64,000 bases of DNA from Thecamonas trahens ATCC 50062. Lineage: Eukaryota > Protista > Apusomonadida. Of this stretch, positions 11,101-26,100 are shown in pieces; the first letter of the stretch is position 1, and each line of letters opens with the position of its first letter. The notes beneath the pieces were generated by a model that did not search any database, had not been told where the DNA came from, and worked only from the letters and a program-made list of their open reading frames with translations. Location: the NCBI RefSeq assembly GCF_000142905.1, contig NW_013657660.1, positions 62,001 to 126,000 on the forward strand. Direction: 5' to 3'. Made by a program: the position numbers and the translations under genes.

Positions 11101-14100
11101 GCACGCGCCACCTTGACAGCTGTCGCGGCCGTTGCAAGATTGCGGCTCACAACGCTCGGCTGTGTGCCATCGGCCACCATCACAATCGGCTCATCAAGCG
11201 CGTCTTCGAACACATCGCTCTCGCCATCCGACATCAATGACATCGGCGACGTCGCCCGCGGCGTCATAAACGTACCCAACCCGGCCGCCGCATCAGCCGC
11301 TGCCACCAACGAAAGCAACTCAAACCGCATTGTGTCCAACACGCTCTGGTAGTGGAACACGCGTTCGCCACCAACACCAACGCTCACTACAGGCACAGAG
11401 CCCTCGCCAGCAGCCGGCACAGTCAGCGGCATCTCCACAAGCGCCTCCAGCTCGCGCCGCACGGTTGACAGAGTTTGCACATACTGCACCACACGCGTCG
11501 TGTCAATTGCGACGCCGTCCTCGACTGCGGCATCCAACGACTCGCGGACTTCAGAGACTTGCTTCGAGAGGAACCCAACCTCCTCGCGGAGATCGCCTAC
11601 CACGGCTTCGTATTGCGCCTGCTGCCGCGGCTCCATCCCCGGTTGCCCATTCGCGACAAGCTCGGCCACACACTCGCGTGCCTCGGCCACCACCGTCGAG
11701 TACTCTTCAAGCCGCCCAGCTTGCTGAGCAGACTCGCTTTGAACGGCATGCCGGACCTCACCGAGCTGCTCGGAGAGTGACTCAATCTCGGCCCGCAGCT
11801 CGCCGATGATGACCTCGTACTGCTCGCGGTACCCAAGTACCTGGCTCCGCATTTGCTCTATCGGCTGTGATGCCAGCCGCTCAATCTGCTCGTGCATCGT
11901 CACCACGGTCCGCTCGTACTCGGCCAGCCGCGTCATCACCTCGTCGTCCACACTCTCCGACTCAGCATGCAGCTGCGACTGCAGCGACGCAACTTCGTCG
12001 CGCAGGTCGCTGATGATGGCCTCGTACTCGTCGCGCGCTTCCAGCGGGTCACGACTCGCCGCCAGTGGCGCGTGTTGCACAAGGCTCTCCGCCATCTGGC
12101 GAACCACAAGCATGCTGTTCTCGTACTCGGCCAGCCGTTCCAGCGACAGTCCTGCAACTTGCTTTTCAAGCGCTGCAACGTCTGTACGCAGTGCCTGACT
12201 GGCGCCGTCGTTGCCCATATTTTGCACCATTGGCGACGCCACAAGCGCTTCAACGTAGAACCGCAGCTCGTTGAGTGCGCGCTCGTAGCCGGCAACCCGG
12301 GACGCCTCGATGCCTTCCGCAATCACCAGCTCTGGCGGCGACCGCGCACCAAGCTCCTCTAGCTCGGCAGTCAGCCTCTGCACTGTCGCGCGATACTCGA
12401 CCAGGCGCTCGGCATTGCCGTCGGAACCACGCGGCGATGCCACAGGCGACGATGCCACAAGCATCTCTAGCTCCGCGCGCATGCTGCCCAGCACAGCTTC
12501 GTAGCTGGCTGTCCGCGCGGCTGCCTCGCTGTCGACCTTGGTGACAACAAGCGGCGTGACCATTAGCGACTCTAGCTGTCCCCGCGCATCAGCTACACGC
12601 TCTTCGTAGCCTGCAACATCAACCTCGGGGCGTTTCGGCGCAACTGGAACTATTCCAGTAAGCTCATCAAGCATACCACGAACCTTTGCCACGGTTGCCT
12701 GGTACTCAACCACCCGTCCAGCATCAATATGGCTTGCACCGCTCCGCGGCGACGTCACAATCAGCTCTTCGAGCCCGTCACGCACGCCCACCAGCGATGC
12801 CTGGAGCCGTGCCAGCCGCTCTGGCTGCGCAAGCACCTGCGCCTCCAGCTCCGCCACTCGCGCCCGCAGCAGGTGAACATCTTCATCCGCCTCCAGCGGT
12901 GCATGACTCACCACCGCAACTCCATCACCCTCAGCTCCATCGCGCTTAGCTGCGGGCGGACCCATCGCAATCAGCGCATCCATCTCGTCGCGAACCTTGG
13001 CAACAGTCTCCCGGTGCTCAGCCACCCGCCCAGTATCAGTCTGGCTGCCACCGCTTCGCGGCGACGTCACAACCAGCTCCTCGAGCCCGTCACGCACGCC
13101 CACCAGCGATGCCTGGAGCCGCGCCAGCCGCTCCGGCTGCGCAAGCACCTGCGCCTCCAACTCTGCAACTCGCGCCCGCAACGCATCCCGCTCACGCTGG
13201 TGAGCACTCCGGCTCCTCACCTGAACATGGGCCGCCTCGAGCTCGGACTCGAGCTCCTGCACCCGCTGACGGAGCTGCTCCACGTCCTCTCCGTGACGAT
13301 CCTCATCACGCACAGCATCTGCGGTCACGAGCTCAACCAGCTTGGCTTCGAGCTCCGTTACCTGCGCCTTCAGCTCGCTCACCGCGACGTCCGCGTTCTG
13401 CACCACTTCGTTGGCAGCAAGCGAGACCACGGTCACCGCCCGCTCGTAAGCAGCCACGCGCTCCGCTCGGCCAATCACCACAGCCTCCAGCCGTGCAACC
13501 TCGTCTCGCAGCTGAACAATTCCATCCGCCAGCCGCAGCACATGACCGGGACCGGGGTTCTTCAGTTGCGCCAGGTTGCGGGCTTCCTCAGCATCGACAT
13601 GCGCGTCGAGCATCGCCTCCGCCGCCACCCGCGCCTGCGTTACAGCCTCTACGTACTCAGCCAGCTGCTCGGCCTCGACGCCGGTCGGTCGAGCCTCACG
13701 CGCCTTCATCGCCCGCACCTCATCCTTGAGGATCTCCACCACCGACGTGTACTTGGCTAGATCTGCCTCGCTCGGCCCGACCCGCACAAGCACAGGATCC
13801 TTCGCCTCGGCCTCGGCCACAGCCTCGACATACGCCTGCTCAGCCGCGGCACGCGCCTCCGCCGCCGCCGCCCCAGACTGCGCCTGCACAAGTGCAATCA
13901 CCGCGTCGCGCGCCTCGTCAATCGCCTCCTGGTACGACGCAATCTTGTCTGGCCCAATCGCCGCCGCGCTGCGGACCCGCGCTTGCAGTGTCGTCACTTC
14001 GTCGCGTAGCATCTTGACAATCTCCGTGTACCGCGAGACGTCGGCCTCGCTCGGGCCAGTTCGTGGCATCATCCGCGCCCTTTCGGCTGCAGTCTGTGCC

Positions 14101-17100
14101 TCTACAAGCGCCGTCACCGTAGCTTGCGCTGCCGCAACCGCGCCAGCGTACTCGGCCAGCTTGCCTGCCTGCTCGCCAGTTGCACCAGTCACTTGAAACT
14201 GGAGTGCCTCCACCTCGGCTCTGAGATCTGCCACCACTGCCACGAGCGCACCGGCGTGCTCTGCCTGCTCCGCCGCTCCAGTTTCCTGCTCCGCAAGCTG
14301 CTCCTGCAGCCGCGCCACTTGGCCTTTGAGCTCGGCCACGGCGCCGGTCGACTCTCGCCCGGCATCCAGCTCGGTTTGCAGCGCAATCAGCACCTCCACC
14401 TCGTTGTAGGCTGCCTGCACCGCCTCATGATACCCGACCACACGCTCCGCGACCACACTCGGGCTCTCAGCCACCGGCGCAGTCTCGCTTCGCACCGCGG
14501 ATACCTCGGCAGAGAGCACTTCTACCTGGTCCTTAAGCATGTCAACCACATGCGCATACTGTGTCACCTTGGCGTCGTTTGCCACGCTCTTGGCCCGCTC
14601 CTCCTCCAGCGCAATCATCTGCAGCTCCTCGCGCTCCGCCTGCTGGCTGACAAGCTCGCTCGCCGCCGCACGCGCAGCATCCACAATCGCGTAGTACTCG
14701 GAAAACACCGCACGGCCTAAGCCCTCGGACCCGCGCGTGTTGATCTGCGTCCGCAGCGAGACAATCTCTGTCTTGAGCATGTCCACAACCTGCGCGTACT
14801 GCGCAATGTCATGTGTTGATGCTCGCGCCTCGTGCTCTGACTTGAGCGCCACGAGCGCGTCCATCTCCTGCCGCAGCTCCGAAACAACTGCCGCGTACGT
14901 CGCAACTTGCTCCCTTGCCACGCCTGACTGAACAACAGCTATCTGTGGCGACGACACTGCCACAGTCTCATCATCCGCCTCAGAAGCGCGCACCTCCACC
15001 GGAGCCACTGCCTTCGCCTTCTCATCCCCCAGTCCTCCGCGAGACACGCTCGCCTCGTGCTTGGCCACAAGCTGCTCAAGATCGGCGTGAGCCTTCTCCA
15101 CAACAGCCTCGTAGCTCGCCACCCGATTGTGGAGGGCAACGATGGTGTTCCGCGCTGCGCTCTGTGAAGCCACAAACATATCCAGCTCGGCGGTAATCGC
15201 CTCGAGCTGTGTGTGATACGACGGCATTAGCGACGCTTCCGCAACCTGCGACGCCTCAATGACCCGCAGCTCGTGCCGAAGCTCGGCAATCGTAGCCTCA
15301 TACGCCCGGATGAGCTCCTGCGCTGTCGCCAGCTCGGCTTCGGCGTCGTCAAAGACAAGGCTCGAGACAACTCGCTCCAGCCCGTCCTTGGGCGACGAGA
15401 GCTGGAGAGAAGCCGCGGCAGAGACCGACAATGCAACCGACTGCAGCGCCTCGGCACGCTCACGCGCCAATCGCTCGCGCTGCTGGCTCTCCGCAAGCTC
15501 TGCCGCGAGCCTGGCCACGTCCAGCTCAACCTCACCCATCCGCGCACGGGTCGAAAACAGCTCCTCCAGCGTCCCACGCGCCGTCGCAATCTGCGTCCGC
15601 CACTCCTGAATCCGCGCAGCCGACGCCTGCCGCGCTGTTGCATGACCCACGAGCCCAGTCACTGCCGACGATGCACGCTTCAGCATGAGGTCGCGCTCCT
15701 GGAGCTGCGCTTCGTATGCCGCCCGCTCGGCTTCCATATCGCGGTCGAGCTCGGCCAGGTTCGCCTCGTACTGCTCGATCATGGTGCTCACCTGCGCATG
15801 CACTGCCGCCATCGATGCCATGTCCTCCCGGAGCGCCATTACACGCTGCGTTTCGGCCGACGCTCCACCATAGCTCACTGCTGCCTGCCGCTCCAGCTCC
15901 GCTAGCCTCGCCTGGTCGGCCGCCCGCTCCTGCTGCAGGATCGCCAGTTCCTGCCGCAGATGCAGCACTTCCGGCACCACTTCACCTTGCGACGAGTCCC
16001 AACCGCCGTCGACCAGCGAGAGCGACCGCTGGAGAGCCCCAATCTCGTCTGCAGCGTCGGCACCGGCAGTCGCACCCGAGTCCACTCGCTTGCTGAGCTC
16101 TGCAAGGCTCTTGCGCGCCCCAACAAGCTCGTCGAGACTCGCCTCGTCGCCGGCAGCAATCACCTTTCCCAGCTCGTCCAGCTCGACCGCTGTCTGACCC
16201 AGAACCTTGAGCGCCCGCGCCCGGACTGCCCGCGCCACCGACGGCTCGTCAGCCTGCGCCTCGGCCCGACTGCGCAACGACGCCATACGGTCCTGCGCGA
16301 TGCCGAGGATGCGCATCGCCGCAAACCGAGCCTCCGTCGGCGTCATGTTCTCGGCCGCGGTCTTCTTTGCCGAGACGCTAGCTCAACGTGGACATCGGCC
16401 AACTGCTCGCGCAGCGCGTTCTGGATGTCCATCGCCTCGTTGACCACGGACTCGGCCTGTGCACGGGCGCGAGTCAGCGCGGTAGCGGTGCTGCCAGGAG
16501 TGACAGCGTCACCATGCCCGCGAGAACGAACCAGCGCACTCTGCTGTAGCTGCGCCTCTGCCCGGCTTGCCCGCGCTGATGCATCAGCAAGCTCAGCGAG
16601 CAAAAGACGAGTGTCTTCGCCTGAGCCAGCCGCGATGCGGTGGAGGCGGCGATGCTCAAAGAGTTCGCGCTGTACCTCTTCCAACTCACCAAGGAGGACC
16701 ATCTCGCGGTCGGACGCCGCCCCAGCCTCGCGCGCCGCGGCCAACTCGTCGCGCAAGACGGCGTTTTCCACCGCAGCGTCGACATGTCCTCAATCTCGTC
16801 GTCGTCATCAGCAAAGAGCCGCGAAGAGTCGCCATAGCTCGAAACACGGCGCTGAATCTCGCGCAACTCGGCGGTCTGCTGGGAAAGCAGTGACTCGATG
16901 TCGTCGTCTGAAGTCACCGGCTCGCCCGTTGTCAGGCTCGCAAGTGACTGGCGGGCTGCAGCGAGCGCCTCGGCAGTTTCGGCCGCCGCCGGCTCGGCCT
17001 TGTCCACTGCAACCGCAAGGTCACCCAGCTGCGCCTTGGTCTCATTCAGCACCGCCACAGAGCGGGCGCGGACGCCCGAAGCCGACGCCCGGACGGCCTC

Positions 17101-20100
17101 ATCTTCCAACACCCGCATGCGCAGCGCAGCCATGCGTCCCTGAGCAATACCAATTGCCCGTGCCGCACGCTTACGAGCCACACCAGGCGGAACGCTCATA
17201 TCAGGCTCGGACGCGGCCGCGAGCTGCACACGCAGCCGCGCGTTCTCAGCCCGCAGCGCATCCTGAGCGTTCTGGGCAGCGTCGACAACCTCGACGGCCA
17301 GTGCGCGTGCCTTGCTGGCCACAGCAGCCCGTGCGTCGATCGCAGCTGGCGGAGCATCGACGGGGCCACGCGTGCCAGCACACTCTTAAGCGCACCAATC
17401 GGGGTGCGCGCCTCCGAGAGCGCCTCCAGCTCGACCTCCAGATCGTCGATATGCGCAGCGATCTCACCGGCGCTCGCGTCTCCACCGAGCTCGAGAGCAC
17501 GGATTCGGTTGTATGCAGCCTCCAACTCTTCACGCAAACCTGCATCTGAAGTCTCCATGGCATCGACGAGCGCAAAGGTGAGAAGCCGGACCTCGGAGAG
17601 CTGGGTCAGGCGAACAGGAGCCGCGACCGCAGGGTTAGCTGGCCTGTCGTCGTTCTCGCGAACCGCAGCATGCAAGTCGGCCATATCAGAGCGAGCCTCC
17701 GCAACATCGGCCATGGCAGTCTTAACCGTCTCGACCACCGACTCTAGTTGAACAATGCGGTTGTTGGCTGCTAGAAGCTGGTTGACTACTGCGGCTGCAT
17801 CCGGCTCGGCCTCGCCGACCGCCACTAGCGCGGCCTGCTCCATTCGTGCTGACTGCTCCTCGGCAGCCTCGAGGGCCTCGACAAGCTCTGTGATGCGGAA
17901 CTGTGCCTCGCTCGCCTCGACGACGACAGCCTCGACGGCGGTGAGGCCTGTCTCGAGCTCGCGAATGCGGTCGTGGGCAGCCGCGAGATCGTCTGCTAGC
18001 TCAGACTCACGCTCTGATGTGGTCATGTTGCCTGCCCGGGCTGCAGCTTCCTCGAGCTCACCGATACGTGCACGAGTGGCCGCGACATCGGCCATGGCAC
18101 TCTGAACCGTCGCCACAACAGCCTCGAGCTCCAGAATGCGATCCCGGGCAGCCAACAAGTTGGCGCCCATGGCGTCGGGCCCCGCCCCGGCACTCGACGG
18201 CGCGACAAGCGGAGAGACGGCGCTGGCAGCAAGCTCGGAAACAAGCTCGGCAGCTTCGGCCACAGCGGCCAAGTGCAGGCGTTGCGCCGCCACCGACCCG
18301 GTGGCAGCAGTTTCCAGATGACCCATGCGCAGCCGCGCTGCCTCGACCTCGGCCACAGTGTCCTGGATAGTGGTCACTGCAATCTCAAGCTGGGCAATGT
18401 GCGCATGCGCCGCAGCAAGCTCCACTTTGAGCGTCGCCGATGACGGCGAGTCGGTGCGGGCGTGATTGGCTTCAGCCTCGGCCTCGAGCTCGATGATGCG
18501 GGCCTGTGCTGCCTCGACCTCGACCACAGTGTCGTCGATGGAGGCAACAGCAGACTCGAGCTCGACGATGTGGGCATGTGCCACGTCGAGCTCCTGTTCT
18601 AGGCGCGGCACGTCGGCCATAGCAGCCTCGAGATCGCGCTCGAGTTCGAAAATGCGGTCTTGCGCCGAGGAGACATCCGTGAGCGCACCTTGGACTACCG
18701 CAACAACCGACTTGAGCTCGGCAATCTGGTTGCGGGCCGTGGTGAGCTCGGACTGCAGCTCGGTCACAGTCTTGGTTTCGTCCAAAGGTTGCGACGTAAC
18801 CGTTGACTCCTCCATAATAGTCGGCAGCGCCAGTCCAAGCGGCTGGCGCCGCGATTCGAGCTCAACAATGTAATCGTTGGCAGCGGCGAGGTCGGCCTCC
18901 AGGTCAGCGACGCGGTCCTGGGCCTCGGCCACGTTGTGCATGGCATCCTTGACAGCGGCAGCGACTTGCTTGAGCTCGGCAATTTGGGCGCGCGCTTCAT
19001 CCAGCTCGGCGCGCAGTTCGACTGCGGCTGCGCTACCACCAGCCATGGCTTCAAGCTCGACCTCAAGGCTGGCGATGCGCTTCTTGGCAAGCGCAAGCTC
19101 TTGCTCGAGCTCAGTGACGCGCTTCTGGGCAGAGGCCACATCGGCGACGGCGTCCTCGACGGCGGCGGCTACCTGGCGGAGATCTGCAATCTGGGCCCGC
19201 GCGTTGTCAAGATCGGCTTGCAACTCGGCTTCAGTCGAGTCAGGCGCGAGGTGGGGCCGCGACGGACGGGCCTCGAGCTCGGCAATGTGGTCGTCGGCAA
19301 CCGCAAGCTCATGTTCGAGCTCGTCGACGCGCTTTTGGAACGACCCGACATTGGCCATGGCATCCTGAACTACCGCGACAGCATGCTTAAGCTCGGCAAT
19401 CTGAGCATGGGCCGAGTCGAGCTGCTCCACGAGGTCGGGGCGCACAGCGTCGGTGTCAGTCTCAAGCTGGGCAATATAGTCGCGTGAGGCGGCCAGCTCA
19501 GCTTCGAGAACCGCGACGCGCTCGCGGAGATCGCCCAGCTCGGACGGTTGCGACATGAGTGCCAACTGATCATGGGCTGCGGCGAGTTCGGAGACCACCA
19601 GATCGGCGGCGGCCTGGACATCTACCAGCTGCAGAGTCGCATTCTCAAGCCGGGACTCGAGCATGCCGGCACGCCCGGGCCCAGACCCACTTGCTGGAAC
19701 AGCCTCAAGCTCAGTCTCAAGCTCAGTAATCCGGAGCTTGGCAGCAGTCACATCGGCCATGGCGTCGTGAACGACAGAGACAACCTGCTCAAGATCGGCG
19801 ATTCTGGCATGAGCAGCGGTGAGGTCAGCGCTACTAACCTGACGCTCAACCGGCGAATGCGCATCAGAATCGACAAGCGAAAGCTCAGTGGATGGAGCCG
19901 ACTCGTGCTGAGCAATGCGGGTACGAGCAGCGTCAAGCTCAGCCTCTAGCACAGCCAACCGCCTCTGAGCCGCCTCGGCTTCAGCAACTGTCTCTTCGAC
20001 AGCAGCAGCAACAGGCTCGATCGCAGAGATATGGTGGCGGGCTGCAGCTAGCTCCGTCTCCAGCGCCACAACTCGCCCCTGCAGGTCGGCGTCGCCTCCA

Positions 20101-23100
20101 GACTCCAGCTCTGCAATACGGTCACGGGCAACTGCCAGCTCACCGACAACGTCATCAGCAGCCTCCTGCACGGCCGCGAGCTTACCGACTGCAGCACGCT
20201 GTGAGGCAGCAAACTCTGCTGCATCGGCTTCCAGCATGACGTTGCGACGCTTGGCGGCAGTTACATCATCCATGGCTTCGTGAACAACGGCTGCAACATG
20301 CTCGAGCTGCACAATCTTGGCGCGCGCAGCCCCAAGCTCGTCTTCGGTCTCGTCTTCGGGGTGGTTGACTCGGGCGCGACTGCTGGGACATCGACCGGAG
20401 ACGCAGCTGCCTCGAGCTTGGCGATGTGATCACGAGCAGCGCTGAGCTCGACTTCCAACACAGCCACCCGCTCCTGAACGGCTTCTGTCTCGGCCCCTTC
20501 TCCTCGGCGGCAGCAGCAGCAGCCTCGAGCTCGGCGATGTGATCACGAGCAGCGCTGAGCTCGACTTCCAACACAGCCACCCGCTCCTGAACGGCTTCTG
20601 TCTCAGCCCCCTTCTCCTCGGCGGCAGCAGCAGCGGGCTCGAGCTCGGCGATGCGGCTGTGGGCGGCCGCCAGCTCACCAACAACATCATCAGCAGCTGC
20701 TTGCGCAGCCGCTAGCTTGTCAATCGCTACAGGGCGCAGCGTAAGAGAGCCTGACACATCTGCATCGGTTACAACCGAGTCGACAGAACGAGCACCCGGT
20801 AGGAAGTCGCGGGCAGCCTCGAGCTCGGCCTCAAGCTCTGCATTGCGGCGCTTGGCGGCGGCCACATCATCCATGGCTTCGTGAACAACGGCTGCAACTT
20901 GCTCGAGCTGCACAATCTTGGCGCGCGCAGCCTCAAGCTCGTCTTCGGTCTCGTCTTCGGTTTCGAGAACGGGGGTGGTTGACTCGGGCGCGACTGCTGG
21001 GACATCGACCGCAGACGCAGCTGCCTCGAGTTCGGCGATGTGATCACGAGCAGCGCTGAGCTCGGCTTCCAACACAGCCACCCGCTCCTGAACGGCTGCT
21101 GTCTCGGCCCCCTTCTCCTCGGCGGCAGCAGCAGCGGGCTCGAGCTCGGCGATGCGGCTGTGGGCGGCCGCCAGCTCACCAACAACATCATCAGCAGCTG
21201 CTTGCGCAGCCGCTAGCTTGTCAATCGCTACAGGGCGCAGCGTAAGAGAGCCTGACACATCTGCATCGGTTACAACCGAGTCGACAGAACGAGCACCCGG
21301 TAGGAAGTCGCGGGCAGCCTCGAGCTCGGCCTCAAGCTCTGCATTGCGGCGCTTGGCGGCGGCCACATCATCCATGGCTTCGTGAACAACGGCTGCAACT
21401 TGCTCGAGCTGCACAATCTTGGCGCGCGCAGCCTCAAGCTCGTCTTCGGTCTCGTCTTCGGTTTCGAGAACGGGGGTGGTTGACTCGGGCGCGACTGCTG
21501 GGACATCGACCGCAGACGCAGCTGCCTCGAGTTCGGCGATGTGATCACGAGCAGCGCTGAGCTCGGCTTCCAACACAGCCACCCGCTCCTGAACGGCTTC
21601 TGTCTCAGCCCCCTTCTCCTCGGCGGCAGCAGCAGCGGGCTCAAGATCAGCAGCATGGGCACGCACAGCATCAAACTCAACCTCCAGCTCGGCCACGCGC
21701 TCAGAAACCTCATCAGTTTCGGCCGCCTGGAGCGCGACAATGTGATCATGTGCAGCCGCAAGCTCACCAACCACGTCGTCGGCTGCAGCCTGCAGAGCTG
21801 CCAGCTTCTCCGCGGCGACCTCATACTGGCGATCAACGACGTAGACCTTGGTCGCACCAATGCCCGAGGGTACACCCGACTCGACCCCAGCCACAAAGTC
21901 ACGAGCAGCAGCCAGCTCGCCCTCCAGCTCGTCGATTCTGTGCTTCGCGGCGGCGACATCAGCCATCGCATCGTGGACGGTTGCCACAACCTGTGCCAGC
22001 TCGGCGATCTGAGCGCGCGCTTCCACCAGCTCGGCCTCAGTTTTAGCGACAACCTGATGGGCCTTGTCAGCGGGGGCTGCATCCTGCGATGCGTGAGCGG
22101 TAGCGAGGTCGCCGACGACATCATGCGCGGCGGAATGCACGTGAGCGAGCCGTGCAGAGGTCTCGTGCAGCTTGGTCTCCAGGAATCTCACCCGTTCGCT
22201 GCTACGGCGCGCAGCGTCGTGTGCAACTGCGGCATCGCCAACGACTGTGCTTGCTGCAGCACGTGCTTCGTCCAAGCGACGTGCAGCGTTGCACAGTTTG
22301 ATCTCGAGTGCATCGACGCGTCCGTGCTCGGCGGCTTCAGTTGCATGCAACGAAGTGGTCTCGGTGCGTGCGGCGACGGGCTGCGCCTCGAAGTGAGTCA
22401 GCCGCTGGGCACCGGCGCGAGCATCAGCAAGCTCGGCCACAACAACATCTGCAGCAAGACGCACGGCGTGCAGCTGCTTGATGCGAGACTGCTGCAGATT
22501 GCTGTGGCGCACATCACGCTCATGGGCCTCGACTAGGGCCATGTGCTCCCGGGTGGCGTTGACGTCGTCCATGGCGCGGGTGATGGTATCAACGACAAGC
22601 TCCAGCTCTGCAACCTGGCGACGAGCCATGACGAGGCGCTTGTGCTCGGCGACGGCGCCCTCATGCTCGAGTTCGGCCACGCGCGCCCGGGCGACGGCGA
22701 GTTCGTCGACAACACGAGAGGCGGCGGCCTGGACAGCGGCTAAGTCGACAAGCCGGGCCTCCTGCACGTCGGGCGGGAGGGCGATTGCTTCGCGAGGAGC
22801 CACACGTGACGGATCAGCGGCAGTCACAGTGCGGATTTCTGGACGTGATTCAGGCGCATCGGCAGCGTCAGCCTGGAGCTCGATCAGCCGGGTCTCCAGT
22901 GCTCCCACCTTGAGCGCAAGCACCTTTGTCTCGGGCTCCAGCGCGACGAGGCGAGCTTCCGCTGCCTCAAGCTCGGCAATCCGAGCCCTGAGCGTCTCTT
23001 GCTCAGCGTGACGACCTGCGTCGTCAAGGTCATTGCCTGCAGGACGAGCAGAGTGAGACTCGGAATGGACAGGTGTAGACTGCATCCGGGGCATCTCATG

Positions 23101-26100
23101 TTCAGCGGCAAGCGTCGCGACAGGTTCCTGCTCGGCGGCGATCGCATCAATGAAGTCTGTCTCGGTGTTGTGGGCGTTGAGAACCCCAGCCTGTACTTCC
23201 AGCTCGACAACCCTTGTCTCGGCAACTTCCAGCTCGGCGACCCGCGCCTCGGCAACCGCGAGCTTCGGCTCAATCTCGGCAACCTTGGCCTCGGCAGCCT
23301 CGAGCTGCGGCTCAATCTCGGCGACCTTGGCCTCGGCAGCCTCCAGTTCGGCAACCTTGGCCTCGGCAGCCTCCAGCTTCGGCTCAATCTCGGCAAGCTT
23401 GGCCTCGACAGCCTCCAGCTCGGTGACCCGCGCCTCGGCAGCCGCGAGCTGCGGCTCAATCTCAGCAACCTTGGCTTCAGCAACCTCCAGTTCGGCAGCC
23501 TTGGCCTCGGCAGCCGCGAGCTGCGGCTCAATCTCGGCAACCTTGTTGGCCCTGGCAGCCTCTAGTTCGGCAACCCTGGCCTCAGCAGCTTCCAGCTTCG
23601 GCTCAATCTCGGCAAGCTTGGCCTCGGCAGCCTCGAGCTGCGGCTCAATCTCAGCAACCTTGACCTCGGCAGCCTCCAGTTCGGCAACCTTGGCTTCGGC
23701 AGCCTCGAGCTGCGGCTCAATCTCGGCAAGCTTGGCCTCGGCAGCCTCCAGCTCGGTGACTCGCGCCTCGGCAGCCGCGAGCTGCGGCTCAATCTCGGCA
23801 ACCTTGGCCTCGGCAGCCTCGAGCTGCGGCTCAATCTCGGCGACCTTGGCCTCGGCAGCCTCCAGTTCGGTGACCCGCGCCTCGGCAGCCGCGAGCTGCG
23901 GCTCAATCTCAGCAACCTTGGCTTCAGCAACCTCCAGTTCGGCAACCTTGGCCTCGGTAGCCGCGAGCTTCGGCTCAATCTCGGCAAGCTTGGCCTCGGC
24001 AGCCTCCAGTTCGGCAACCTTGGCCTCGGCAGCCTCCAGCTCGGTGACCCGCGCCTCGGCAGCCTCCAGCTTCGGCTCAATCTCGGCAAGCTTGGCCTCG
24101 ACAGCCTCCAGCTCGGTGACCCGCGCCTCGGCAGCCGCGAGCTGCGGCTCAATCTCGGCAACCTTGGCCTCGGCAGCCTCCAGCTCGGTGACCCGCGCCT
24201 CGGCAGCCGCGAGCTGCGGCTCAATCTCAGCAACCTTGGCTTCAGCAACCTCCAGTTCGGTGACCCGCGCCTCGGCAGCCTCCAGCTTCGGCTCAATCTC
24301 GGCAAGCTTGGCCTCGACAGCCTCCAGCTCGGTGACCCGCGCCTCGGCAGCCGCGAGCTGCGGCTCAATCTCGGCAACCTTGGCCTCGGCAGCCTCCAGC
24401 TCGGTGACCCGCGCCTCGGCAGCCGCGAGCTGCGGCTCAATCTCAGCAACCTTGGCTTCAGCAACCTCCAGTTCGGCAACCTTGGCCTCGGCAGCCTCCA
24501 GCTTCGGCTCAATCTCGGCAAGCTTGGCCTCGACAGCCTCCAGCTCGGTGACCCGCGCCTCGGCAGCCGCGAGCTGCGGCTCAATCTCGGCAACCTTGGC
24601 CTCGGCAGCCTCGAGCTGCGGCTCAATCTCGGCGACCTTGGCCTTGGCAGCCTCCAGTTCGGCAACCTTGGCCTCGGCAGCCTCCAGCTTCGGCTCAATC
24701 TCGGCAAGCTTGGCCTCGACAGCCTCCAGCTCGGTGACCCGCGCCTCGGCAGCCGCGAGCTGCGGCTCAATCTCAGCAACCTTGGCTTCAGCAACCTCCA
24801 GTTCGGCAACCTTGGCCTCGGCAGCCTCCAGCTTCGGCTCAATCTCGGCGACCTTGGCCTCGGCAGCCTCCAGCTTCGGCTCAATCTCGGCTACCTTGGC
24901 CTCGGCAGCCTCCAGTTTCGGCTCAATCTCGGCAACCTTGGCCTCGGCAGCCTCCAGCTTCGGCTCAATCTCGGCAACCTTGGCCTCGGCAGCCTCCAGT
25001 TTCGGCTCAATCTCGGCAACCTTGGCCTCGGCAGCCTCCAGCCCGGCAACCCGTGCCCGCAGACTATCAGCCTCACCGGCGAGCTCCCCAAGGCATACAA
25101 CAAGCTCCTCGGCACCATCCCGCACCGCCTCTACGTCTGCAAGCGCCCAGCCAACTCCGCGCTGCGCACCGGCAACCAGCGCGCTCTCCGCGGCCTCTCG
25201 CGCCGCCTCCACCTGCGCGAGCCAACTCTCCATTTTGGGCGAGCCAGCGGCCCGGCTCTTCCGCAGCGCCTCAACAGCCCGCCGGTGCATGCCCACTTCC
25301 GACGCGTACACCTGAAGCATCGCCTCGGCGTCGCCAAGCTCCACCCGGAGCCGCTCGTTCTCGCGTGCGAGCCTCCGCGCCTCGCCCGGCGTGAGGCTGC
25401 TCAACTCGGGCTCAACGAGGTCCAGCGACGTGTCCTGCACCACCTCGCCACTCGCTGGCGTCGCCATCTGGCTCTGGAGGTGCAGGCCTCCCAGCAGCGC
25501 CACCTGCTCGATGAGCGCCTCGACCTGCGCCTGCAAGTGCGACGTGATGAGGAGCGTCGACGCGTGGTGGTCTTCTGCCGCCGATGCCGTAGACACCAGC
25601 TGGGTGTGGAGCTCCTTCTTGTCAGCCACCAGCCGTCCCAGCTGGAGACGGAGCTTGTTAACAGCTCCTGCGAGCGCCTCGCGCTCAGCGCACAACGTCT
25701 GATTCTCCGACGCGAGTGCATCGTTAGCATCCTGCACCGCTGCAGACTCGGATGCGAGCTGCTCATGGCCCTCGGCGAGCCATGCGTTTGACGCCTCGAG
25801 CGCAGCAACCTGGTTGGCGAGCTGACGCACTCGGTCCGCCAATTCGCCCTTTTCGAGCACGCTCGTCTCGAGCGCGCCGGCCAGAGCCGTTGCCGCCGCG
25901 CGCGCCTCGCGAACCGATGCCAACCGCAAGCCAACCGCGTCGCGCGAAGGACCGGCGTTTGCCTCACGCACTGCATCGTCGAGCCGCCGCTGGAGCACCG
26001 CAATGTGGGTGCTCGCCTCCTGCTCCTCGTACATTGTCTCGTCCACAAACGCCGAGAGCACAGGCAGTGCCTCGTGTAGCGCAGCCACCTCGTCTTCAAC

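Noticed and set aside
16370-17370. Tiny introns explaining the frame breaks in the giant gene
   Set aside because: No GTRYG donor, branch site or pyrimidine-rich acceptor like those in the real intron at 29800-30175; both sides read as continuous coding sequence after a single added base
23150-25315. Long Ser/Ala-rich plus-strand ORFs (also 9061-11352, and 31093-34461 on minus) as overlapping antisense genes
   Set aside because: They are codon-aligned shadows of GC-rich repetitive coiled-coil genes; stops are rare in that antisense frame and there are no domains
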